From NCBI GenBank assembly GCA_035252035.1, contig DATFDN010000076.1, positions 1 to 43,362 of the forward strand: a DNA stretch of 43,362 nt, given 5' to 3'. Below, piece by piece: positions 23,506-31,534 of this stretch (its first letter is position 1; each line of letters begins with the position of its first letter). The DNA comes from Acetobacteraceae bacterium (lineage in GTDB: Bacteria > Pseudomonadota > Alphaproteobacteria > Acetobacterales > Acetobacteraceae). Below the pieces are notes generated by a model. That model searched no databases. It had not been told where the DNA came from and was given only the letters and a program-made list of their open reading frames with translations. The translations under genes and the position numbers were made by a program.

Positions 23506-25113
23506 TCAGGGCTGATCATCCAAGTGGTTCCGCTGCGCCGGATCGCCCCACCCCCCGCCGCCGCCGGAGAGGATGTGGAACACGCTGCCGGGTGGCACCG
23601 CGACGCCGACCTCCTTGCTGCGCAGCTTCCGCGCGGCCAAGCCGGGGGCGAGCAGGGCGTAATCGTGCGGCGCCCCGTCCTGCCCGCCCAGGATGCCGCG
23701 GGCGCCGTGGACCACGCCTTCCCCGGCAGTGTTGGCGAGGGCCGGTTCCTCGGTTTCCACCCGCAGCCGCATCTCCGCGCCCAAGCCGCCCCGAAAGCGC
23801 CCGTCGCCCCCCGAGCCGGAGCGATACTCGTGGGTTTCGAAGAACAGCGGAAAGCGGCTTTCCGCGACTTCCAGGCTGCCGAACTTGATCCCGCCGGCCG
23901 AGTGCCACTCGCCGATCGTCGAATAGCCATCGCCCGCCGCCGAGGCGCCCCCGCCGGGACGGGCCTGGAACATGTGCCAGATGAAGCGCCGGCCGTTGCG
24001 CGGGTCGCGTCCGGCGAGCGCGATGCGCAGCCGCCGTCCCCACCCGCCCATCGCCCGCTCCGGGCAGGCCGGCGCCAGGGCGACGATCACCGCCTCGATG
24101 ATCTCGTTCGCGCAGTGGCTCGTACACATCGTCACCGGCGCGCCCTCCTCCGCCCAGACGATGGTTCCGGGCCGGGCGCGCACATGAAGCGGGCGGAACG
24201 CGCCCGCGTTGCGCGCCATGTCCGGATCGAGCAGGAAGGCGAAGGCCATGCTCACCGCCGACTGCATGTTGGCGTGCGAGGAGTTGACGAAGCCTGTCGC
24301 CTGTGGGTCCGAGTCCGTCAGATCGACCGTGACCTCGCCCGCGTGGACCGCGCAGCGGGCGCGGACGCGTATGTCGCTGCGGCCGAACCCGTCGTCGTCG
24401 AGCAGGGCCTCTCCCGTATAAACCCCCTCGGTCCAGGACGCGACGATGCGCCGGGCGCGACGCTCGGCTGCGTCGAGCATGGCCTCGACCGCCGCACGGA
24501 GCACACGCTCGCCATAGGAGGCGATCACCGCGCCAAGCCGCTGCTCGCCCAGCCGCGCCGCGCCGATCTGTGCCGCCAGATCGCCGCGGAAATCGCGTGG
24601 ATGGCGCACGTTCAGCGCCAGCATCGCGAGCAAGTCCTCGCGCAGCGCGCCATTGTCGGTGAGGCGGATGGGCGGGATGCGCAGCCCTTCCTGAAAAATC
24701 TCGGTGGCCGCCGGGTTGTAGGCGCCATGCGTGCTGCCGCCGATATCGCTGTGGTGAGCGCGCACCACCGACCAGAACATCAGCCCCTCGGGGCCGAACA
24801 CCGGCACACAGATGGTCAGGTCCGGCAGGTGGCTGCCGCCCCGGTACGGATCGTTCATCAGGTAGACATCGCCCGTCCGAGGATTTGGGAACGCCTCGGC
24901 GACGGCGCGTGCCGCCCAGGGCATGGCGCCGACATGGACGGGAATGTGGTCCGCCTGCGCCACCAGCCTGCATTGCGCATCGATCAGTGCGGTGGAGAAG
25001 TCGCGGGAGGAGTTCAGGATCTGGGAATAGGCGGTGCGCAGCATCGCCTCGCCCATCTCCTCGGCGATGGCATTCAGCCGGTTTTGCAGCACGGCGACGG
25101 TGATCGGGTCCAT
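23506..25113 (-). CDS. hyuB: hydantoinase B/oxoprolinase family protein, B subunit
   Basis: From the ATG at 25113: 'MDPITVAVLQNRLNAIAEEMGEAMLRTAYSQILNSSRDFSTAL', 'DVYLMNDPYRGGSHLPD' and 'GGGGGWGDP'. The track start at 25467 adds an Arg/Pro-rich, non-homologous N-terminus. Confidence 0.9.
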   Translation of the reverse strand: MDPITVAVLQNRLNAIAEEMGEAMLRTAYSQILNSSRDFSTALIDAQCRLVAQADHIPVHVGAMPWAARAVAEAFPNPRTGDVYLMNDPYRGGSHLPDLTICVPVFGPEGLMFWSVVRAHHSDIGGSTHGAYNPAATEIFQEGLRIPPIRLTDNGALREDLLAMLALNVRHPRDFRGDLAAQIGAARLGEQRLGAVIASYGERVLRAAVEAMLDAAERRARRIVASWTEGVYTGEALLDDDGFGRSDIRVRARCAVHAGEVTVDLTDSDPQATGFVNSSHANMQSAVSMAFAFLLDPDMARNAGAFRPLHVRARPGTIVWAEEGAPVTMCTSHCANEIIEAVIVALAPACPERAMGGWGRRLRIALAGRDPRNGRRFIWHMFQARPGGGASAAGDGYSTIGEWHSAGGIKFGSLEVAESRFPLFFETHEYRSGSGGDGRFRGGLGAEMRLRVETEEPALANTAGEGVVHGARGILGGQDGAPHDYALLAPGLAARKLRSKEVGVAVPPGSVFHILSGGGGGWGDPAQRNHLDDQP

Positions 25114-25208
25114 GGCGCGATCCTGAGAGAGGCGAGCCGCCGGCTCAAGGTGCGGCACGATGCCGTGTCCGTTTTCTTCCTGCCGCACGGCCGGGTAAAC
25201 CGGCGCTG

Positions 25209-26567
25209 ATGCGGCTCCTTGTCCCGCTCCGCGATCCTTCCGTTGCGCTCCTCTGGGGCGGGCTGTCGCTGTCGGCGATCGGCGACCAGCTCTACATGGT
25301 CGCGATCGTGTGGATCGCCGTCGGGCTGCTCGGCGCCTGGGCCGGGTATCTGCCGGCGCTGGGCGCCGCGATGGTGCTCGCGACCGCACTGTTCGCCGGC
25401 TGCTGGGCCGACCTGGTTGAGCCCCGGCCAGCAATGATTGCGGCGGACGTGGTGCGGGCCGCCGCACTCGGGCTGGCGGTCGCCGAGTGGAGTCTGCGGG
25501 GCCATGTCTCGGTCGCCACCCTGGTGGGCCTAACCGTCATCCTGGCGGCCGGCCAGGCCGTGTTCCGGCCGGCGCTGCAAGGAATGCTGGCGCCACTGGT
25601 CGGCGTGCCGTCGCGACTGCCGGCAACCAATGCCCTGCTGGATACGACGGACCGGATCGCGCGGCTCCTGGGGCCGGGTCTGATCGCGGCGCTAGGGACC
25701 GTACTGCCCGCCAGACATTTCCTATCGCTGGACGCGGCCAGTTTCGTTGCGTCCGCGCTGGTGGTCATGGCGATCGGCCGCCTGCGCAAGCTGCCGCCAT
25801 TGCGCCGTGCCGGCGCGGGGGAGGCCTTTCGCGATTCGGTCCTGCGAGGGTTCCGCGCCGTTGCCGCTCACAAGCTGCTGGCGCTGGAGCTGCGGGTCAG
25901 CGGCGCGCTGAATGGCGCCTGGTACGCCATCGTGTTCCTGGGGCTGCCGCTGGCGATCAACCGGCTGGGAACCAGCGCCGGGCTGGGGGCGTACGGGCTG
26001 GTCATCTCCGCCTATGGCAGCACCAACCTGCTCGCGACGCTGCTGATCGGCAGCCGTGGGATGCCGGCCAATCCGGGGCGGATGGTGTTCGGCGGCAATC
26101 TGGTCATGGGGATCGGGATGCTGCTGATGGCGGCCACGGCCATGGCTTCATTGGGGCCGCACGCGACGGTGTTGGGATTCGCCGCTGCTGCGTGCGTCGG
26201 GGCCATCGGCGGCCCGATGCACGACATTCCAGTAGCAGTCCTTCGGCAGACCGAGCTGGTGCGGGAGGACGTGGCGGCGGCAGTGCGGGCCTCGCTGGTG
26301 GTCAACAACGCAGGGACGCTGATCGCCATGGCGGCGGTGCCGGCTGCGTATGCGGTGCTGCCGCTGGCGGCGGTGATAACCGGCTGCGCCGCGATCATTC
26401 TCGCAATCGGGTTGTTCGGGATCAGCCGATTCCCGAGCCGCGGGCCGGCCGGGACGATGATCGCCGGCCTTGAAAACAGAGGTCCATCAGGACAGCAACC
26501 CCGCCGCTCCCAGAAGCGCGGCGGCGCCCAGGACGATGAGCGGGTGCAGCCGCGTGGCCAGGAATAG
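25209..26567 (+). CDS. MFS transporter (EntS/MFS_3-like)
   Basis: About 12 hydrophobic segments. 'LWGGLSLSAIGDQLYMVAIVWI' and 'ADLVEPRPAMIAADVVRA' resemble enterobactin-exporter-type MFS proteins. The hydrophilic C-tail overlaps the convergent chrA gene. Confidence 0.75.
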   Translation: MRLLVPLRDPSVALLWGGLSLSAIGDQLYMVAIVWIAVGLLGAWAGYLPALGAAMVLATALFAGCWADLVEPRPAMIAADVVRAAALGLAVAEWSLRGHVSVATLVGLTVILAAGQAVFRPALQGMLAPLVGVPSRLPATNALLDTTDRIARLLGPGLIAALGTVLPARHFLSLDAASFVASALVVMAIGRLRKLPPLRRAGAGEAFRDSVLRGFRAVAAHKLLALELRVSGALNGAWYAIVFLGLPLAINRLGTSAGLGAYGLVISAYGSTNLLATLLIGSRGMPANPGRMVFGGNLVMGIGMLLMAATAMASLGPHATVLGFAAAACVGAIGGPMHDIPVAVLRQTELVREDVAAAVRASLVVNNAGTLIAMAAVPAAYAVLPLAAVITGCAAIILAIGLFGISRFPSRGPAGTMIAGLENRGPSGQQPRRSQKRGGAQDDERVQPRGQE

Positions 26568-27011
26568 CGCGGTCGCGACCGCGATCAGCGCGGCGCCGCG
26601 CCAGTCCTGCGCGGTGGTCCGCACCAGCAGGGCCGCGCCGGCCATGACCAGGCCGGCGGTGACGGGCATGATCCCCGCCTGCACCATCCTCCGCCACGGC
26701 CGATCCCGCAGCCGATGCCAGGCGGAGGCGCAGAGGAAGGTCAGCGCCGAGGAGGGTGCGCACAGCGCCCCAGTCGCGATCAGGGCACCGGGCAGCCCCG
26801 CGACCCGCATCCCGATCAGCGCCGAGACCAGCATGTTCGGCCCCGGCGCCGCCTGCGCCAGCGCATAGAGCGACGCGAAATCCCGCGCGCTCATCCAGGG
26901 ATGCACCTCCACCACTTGGCGCTGCATCTCCGGCAGGATGGAGTTTCCGCCGCCGAACGCGAGGAGCGAGAGCTGGGCGAAGATAGCGGCCAGGCTGCCG
27001 AGCGTGCCCAT
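26487..27011 (-). CDS. short chromate-transporter-family protein (second half of a split ChrA pair)
   Basis: From the ATG at 27011: 'LSLLAFGGGNSILPEMQRQVVEVHPWMSARDFASLYALAQAAPGPN' is the CHR-domain signature. The start shares 1 nt with the stop of the upstream half. Confidence 0.8.
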   Translation of the reverse strand: MGTLGSLAAIFAQLSLLAFGGGNSILPEMQRQVVEVHPWMSARDFASLYALAQAAPGPNMLVSALIGMRVAGLPGALIATGALCAPSSALTFLCASAWHRLRDRPWRRMVQAGIMPVTAGLVMAGAALLVRTTAQDWRGAALIAVATALFLATRLHPLIVLGAAALLGAAGLLS

Positions 27012-27556
27012 CAGCGCGGCCGAGTCTCGGCCCGCCAGGCGAGCACGATCGAGACGGGCGCGAGCGCCACGATCGCCAGCGGCAGGGGCAGGCGCAGCAC
27101 CGCGACCGTGCCGAAGGTCAGCAGCGTGATCCCTGCCCCCAAGGGCCGGGCGCACAAGGGGCCGGCGATCCGGCACGCGGTGGCCAGCACCAGCGCCGCC
27201 GCCGCCGCTGATAGCCCAGCGAAAGCGTGCTGCACCGCCGGGAGCTGTCCCAGCCGGGCATAGGCAAGCCCCAGCAGGAGCACGATCGACATTGGCGTGG
27301 CCATCAGCCCGCCAAATGCCGCGACCGACCCGGCGAGGCCGTGGAACCGCGCCCCGAGCGCGACTGAGAGGTTGATCACATTCGGCCCCGGCAGGAACTG
27401 GCACAAACCGAGCAACTCGGTGAACTCGCCCGCGCTCAGCCAGTGCCGCCGCTCGACCACGGTCCGCCGTGCCCAGGGCAGCACGCCTCCAAAGCCGCAC
27501 GCGCCGATTGCAAGGAATCCGAGGAACAGGGCCAATAGGCTGGGCGGAGGCGTCAT
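27011..27556 (-). CDS. short chromate-transporter-family protein (first half of a split ChrA pair)
   Basis: From the ATG at 27556: 'FLAIGACGFGGVLPWARRTVVERRHWLSAGEFTELLGLCQFLPGPN' is the CHR-domain signature. The longer track ORF to 27739 is antisense to the tRNA. Confidence 0.8.
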   Translation of the reverse strand: MTPPPSLLALFLGFLAIGACGFGGVLPWARRTVVERRHWLSAGEFTELLGLCQFLPGPNVINLSVALGARFHGLAGSVAAFGGLMATPMSIVLLLGLAYARLGQLPAVQHAFAGLSAAAAALVLATACRIAGPLCARPLGAGITLLTFGTVAVLRLPLPLAIVALAPVSIVLAWRAETRPR

Positions 27557-27655
27557 CGCACCGGTGTAGCGCGGGTCCACAGGGGCTGGATACCGCGCCG
27601 GCGCAGGCGGAGGCCCTTCCGCTTTGATGGGTTTGTCTGTATGCATACGCCCGCT

Positions 27656-27732
27656 GGACCCGTAGCTCAGTTGGATAGAGCGTCGCCCTCCGAAGGCGAA
27701 GGTCGCACGTTCGAATCGTGTCGGGTCCGCCA
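27656..27732 (+). tRNA. tRNA-Arg (anticodon CCG), CCA encoded
   Basis: Manual cloverleaf. Acceptor ggacccg/cgggtcc, D-arm gctc/gagc, anticodon arm tcgcc-CTCCGAA-ggcga, variable loop aggtc, T-arm gcacg-ttcgaat-cgtgt, discriminator g + cca. Confidence 0.9.
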
Positions 27733-28222
27733 CACCCAAATCCTAAGCCAGCGCCGAGTCGTCGCGCATTTGGCGCGGAGTCGGGTTAACTCTTTCTTAA
27801 CCCCCTATTCGTATTTTGTTCTTGCACGCCGCTCGCGGCAGGCAAGAGGTGTACTAGATGAGTCGGACAAGTCCCAGTACCGAATGTGCCAGGATCGTGA
27901 CTTGCACGCCGCGTCACGACGCATGAGACTGTGCCATGAGGCGAGATTTCCTTCCATCGCAGGGTGGCGAAGGCGCTGCCGATGGGGAATTCACGCGCTG
28001 CTCGCGCATCAGTCCGGGTGCTCGCGTTCGGCGCCAATTCGCCACACATTTTCCACGCTGGGTTCGCTTATCTTGCAAGCCGGGGGGATCGTCCAACGTT
28101 CTTCTCAGGAGGTCTCTATGATTCGCTTGTCCGGACGCTGCGGTGCCGTTTGGAGAAGAAAAACTTACCGCGACGCGCCCCGGCTCGGCTACGCTCGGGC
28201 ATATCTTGTGGTGAGGTAAACT

Positions 28223-30196
28223 GTGGCATCCAAACGCATGGAGCTGCCGATGCAGCCGGTGGACGACATCTTCAGCGCCTACGCCCGCGGCTATGAGGCG
28301 CATCGCGAAGCGGAGATGACGCTGGCCGAGTATCTCGAGGGATGCCGGACCGACCCGATGATGTACGCCAGCGCGACGGAGCGGCTGCTGGCGGCGATTG
28401 GCGAGCCCGAGATGGTGGACACCTCGAAGGACGCCCGCCTTGGCCGGATCTTCATGAACCGGACCATCCGCGTCTATCCGGCGTTCGACGAGTTCTACGG
28501 CATGGAGGAGACGATCGAGCGGATCGTCGGCTTCCTGCGCCACGCCGCCCAGGGCTTGGAGGAGCGCAAGCAGATCATGTATCTGCTCGGCCCGGTGGGC
28601 GGCGGCAAGTCGTCGCTGGCCGAGCGCATCAAGGCGCTGATGGAGGTCCATCCGATCTACGTGCTGAAGGCCGGCGACCAGGTCAGCCCGGTGTTCGAAA
28701 GCCCGCTCGGCCTGTTCAACCCCGAGCGGATGGGCGCGGTCCTGGAGGACCGCTACGGCATCCCCCGCCGGCGCCTGACCGGGCTGATGAGCCCATGGTG
28801 CCTCAAGCGGCTGGACGAGTTCGGCGGCGACATCTCGCGCTTCCGGGTGCAGCGCCTGATGCCCTCGCGCCTGCGCCAGATCGCCGTCGCCAAGACCGAG
28901 CCAGGCGACGAGAACAACCAGGACATCTCCTCGCTGGTGGGCAAGGTCGATATCCGCAAGCTGGAGCTGCACGCGCAGAACGACCCCGACGCCTACAGCT
29001 ACTCGGGCGGCCTCAACCGCGCCAACCAAGGCATTCTTGAGTTCGTCGAGATGTTCAAGGCGCCGATCAAGATGCTGCACCCGCTGCTGACGGCCACGCA
29101 GGAGGGGAACTACATCGGCACCGAGAATATCGGCGCCATCCCGTTCTCCGGCATCATCCTCGCCCACTCCAACGAGGCGGAATGGCAGAGCTTCAAGAAC
29201 AACCGGAATAACGAGGCCTTCATCGACCGGATCTACGTTATCAAGGTTCCCTATTGCCTGCGCGTGACGGAGGAGATCCGGATTTACCAGAAGCTTCTCG
29301 CCGGCAGCGAGCTGTCGGAGGCGCCCTGCGCTCCGGCCACCCTGGAGATGCTGGCCCGGTTTTCAGTGCTCTCGCGGCTGAAGCGCCACGAGAACTCCAC
29401 CGTGTACGCCAAGATGCGGGTCTATGACGGCGAGAGCCTGAAGGAGACCGACCCCAGGGCGCGCAGCCTGCAAGAGTACCGCGACGCCGCCGGCGTGGAC
29501 GAGGGCATGGACGGCGCCTCCACCCGATTCGCCTTCAAGGTGCTGGCCGCCACCTTCAACCACGACACCACCGAGGTGGCGGCTGACCCCGTCCACCTGA
29601 TGTACGTGCTGGAGCAGTCGATCCGGCGCGAGCAGCTCCCCGCCGAAACCGAGAAACGTTACCTGGAATTCATCAAAGGGGAGCTTGCGCCGCGCTACGC
29701 TGAGTTCATCGGCAACGAGATCCAGAAGGCCTATCTGGAGTCCTACAACGACTACGGGCAGAACCTCTTCGACCGCTATGTGGCCTATGCCGATGCCTGG
29801 ATCGAGGATCAGGACTACAAGGATCCCGACACTGGGCAGTTGCTCAACCGGGAGCTGTTGAACCAGGAGCTGACCAAGATCGAGAAGCCCGCCGGCATCG
29901 CGAATCCGAAGGATTTCCGCAACGAGGTGGTCAAGTTCTCGCTGCGGGCGCGGGCCGCGAACGCCGGGAAGAACCCGTCCTGGACCAGCTACGAGAAGCT
30001 TCGGGAGGTGATCGAGCGGCGCATGTTCTCCCAGGTGGAAGAGCTGCTCCCGGTCATCAGCTTCGGCTCGAAGAAGGACAGCGAGACGGAAAAGAAGCAC
30101 GAGGACTTCGTGAACCGCATGGCCGAGCGCGGCTATACGGAACGCCAGGTCCGGCGGCTGGTGGAATGGTATATGCGCGTCAAGCAGGCCGGGTGA
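28223..30196 (+). CDS. prkA: PrkA/YeaG-family serine protein kinase (AAA+ N-domain)
   Basis: 657 aa. 'AYARGYEAHREAEMTLAEYL', 'YPAFDEFYGMEETIERIV' and Walker A 'LLGPVGGGKSSLAE' are collinear with E. coli YeaG. The GTG at 28223 has SD 'gtgagg' 6 nt upstream. The ATGs at 28238 and 28250 are alternatives. Confidence 0.9.
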   Translation: MASKRMELPMQPVDDIFSAYARGYEAHREAEMTLAEYLEGCRTDPMMYASATERLLAAIGEPEMVDTSKDARLGRIFMNRTIRVYPAFDEFYGMEETIERIVGFLRHAAQGLEERKQIMYLLGPVGGGKSSLAERIKALMEVHPIYVLKAGDQVSPVFESPLGLFNPERMGAVLEDRYGIPRRRLTGLMSPWCLKRLDEFGGDISRFRVQRLMPSRLRQIAVAKTEPGDENNQDISSLVGKVDIRKLELHAQNDPDAYSYSGGLNRANQGILEFVEMFKAPIKMLHPLLTATQEGNYIGTENIGAIPFSGIILAHSNEAEWQSFKNNRNNEAFIDRIYVIKVPYCLRVTEEIRIYQKLLAGSELSEAPCAPATLEMLARFSVLSRLKRHENSTVYAKMRVYDGESLKETDPRARSLQEYRDAAGVDEGMDGASTRFAFKVLAATFNHDTTEVAADPVHLMYVLEQSIRREQLPAETEKRYLEFIKGELAPRYAEFIGNEIQKAYLESYNDYGQNLFDRYVAYADAWIEDQDYKDPDTGQLLNRELLNQELTKIEKPAGIANPKDFRNEVVKFSLRARAANAGKNPSWTSYEKLREVIERRMFSQVEELLPVISFGSKKDSETEKKHEDFVNRMAERGYTERQVRRLVEWYMRVKQAG

Positions 30197-30232
30197 GCCT
30201 GCTCCCCTGAGGAACGAGGACGGACAGGCTCA

Positions 30233-31534
30233 ATGCAGATCATCGACCGTCGCCTCAATCCTGGCGGCAAGAGCCTCGCCAACCGGCAGCGGTTCATCCG
30301 CCGTGCCAAGTCGCTGATCCGTAAGGCGGTGCATGAAAGCACCGCCAACCGGAGCATCAAGGACGCGGATGAGGCCGGCGAGGTCTCGCTGCCCGCCCAG
30401 GGCGTGCATGAAGCTACCTTCCACCGCGGCCAGTCTGGCGGCATCCGCGACTACCTGCTGCCCGGCAACAAGGAGTATGTGCGCGGCGATACCATTCCCC
30501 GCCCACCTTCCGGCGGCGGTGGCTCGGGCTCGGAGGGCAGCCCGGACGGGGAAGGGCAGGACGATTTCCGCTTCGCCCTGTCGCGTGACGAATTCGTGGA
30601 TCTCTTCCTGGAAGATCTCGAACTGCCCGATCTCGCCAAGCGGCGCGTCGTTGATACCGAGGCGCTGAGCTGGAGCCGCGCCGGCTACTCCGTCACCGGC
30701 TCGCCGGCGAACCTCGCGGTCATGCGCACGGTCCGCAACAGCCTGTCGCGCCGGATCGCCCTCAAGCGGCCGAGCGGCGAGGAGCTGGCGCGGCTGCGCG
30801 AGGAGATCAGCGCGCTTGCCGAGGACGACCCGAAGCGGACCGAACTGGAAGCAGAGCTGGACCGCAAGCTGCGGCGCTCCAGCCTAATCCCCTACATCGA
30901 CCCGATCGATGTCCGCTACCGGCGCTTCGAATCCCATCCGAAGCCCGTTGCCCAGGCAGTGATGTTCTGCCTGATGGATGTCTCGGGCTCGATGACCGAG
31001 CACATGAAGGATCTGGCGAAGCGGTTCTACGTCCTGCTGTACATCTTCCTGCGCCGGAAGTACAAGAGGGTGGAGGTGGTCTTCATCCGCCATACCCACC
31101 AGGCCCAGGAGGTGGACGAGGACACCTTCTTTCATTCGCCGGAGACCGGAGGAACGGTTGTGTCCACCGCGCTTGAGGAGATGCGGCGGGTCATGGCCGA
31201 GCGCTACAGCCCGGATTCGTGGAACATCTACGCCGCGCAGGCTTCCGATGGCGACAACACCGCGTCGGACAATGACCGGACAGCCAATCTGCTGACCCAG
31301 AGCATCCTGCCCTACTGCCAGTACTACGCGTATCTGGAGGTGGGCCGCGATTCCGAGCATTTCCCGCCCGGCTTCATCCGCCGCGACAGCGACCTGTGGC
31401 AGACCTACACCGAGATCTGCCGGACGGGTGCGCCGATGGCGATGCGCAAGGTCAGCCACCGTCGCGACATCTATCCCGTCTTCCGCGAGCTGTTCGCTCG
31501 CAAGCAGGCCCCTGCCGGAGCCGAAAGCCCATGA
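30233..31534 (+). CDS. yeaH: YeaH/YhbH family protein (DUF444, vWA-like)
   Basis: 433 aa. 'MQIIDRRLNPGGKSLANRQRF.RR', MIDAS-like 'FCLMDVSGSM' and 'IYAAQASDGDN'. Confidence 0.9.
   Translation: MQIIDRRLNPGGKSLANRQRFIRRAKSLIRKAVHESTANRSIKDADEAGEVSLPAQGVHEATFHRGQSGGIRDYLLPGNKEYVRGDTIPRPPSGGGGSGSEGSPDGEGQDDFRFALSRDEFVDLFLEDLELPDLAKRRVVDTEALSWSRAGYSVTGSPANLAVMRTVRNSLSRRIALKRPSGEELARLREEISALAEDDPKRTELEAELDRKLRRSSLIPYIDPIDVRYRRFESHPKPVAQAVMFCLMDVSGSMTEHMKDLAKRFYVLLYIFLRRKYKRVEVVFIRHTHQAQEVDEDTFFHSPETGGTVVSTALEEMRRVMAERYSPDSWNIYAAQASDGDNTASDNDRTANLLTQSILPYCQYYAYLEVGRDSEHFPPGFIRRDSDLWQTYTEICRTGAPMAMRKVSHRRDIYPVFRELFARKQAPAGAESP

Noticed and set aside
27557-27739. N-terminal extension of the chrA ORF ('MGVADPTRFERATFAFGGRRSIQLSYGSSG...')
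   Set aside because: This stretch is the antisense translation of the tRNA-Arg gene (27656-27732). The CHR-domain homology starts at the ATG at 27556.
27733-28222. tRNA-Arg-linked genomic island or prophage remnant
   Set aside because: There is no integrase and no direct repeat of the tRNA 3' end downstream. The following genes (prkA-yeaH-spoVR) are conserved core-type genes. The lower-GC stretch is better explained as a regulatory leader.
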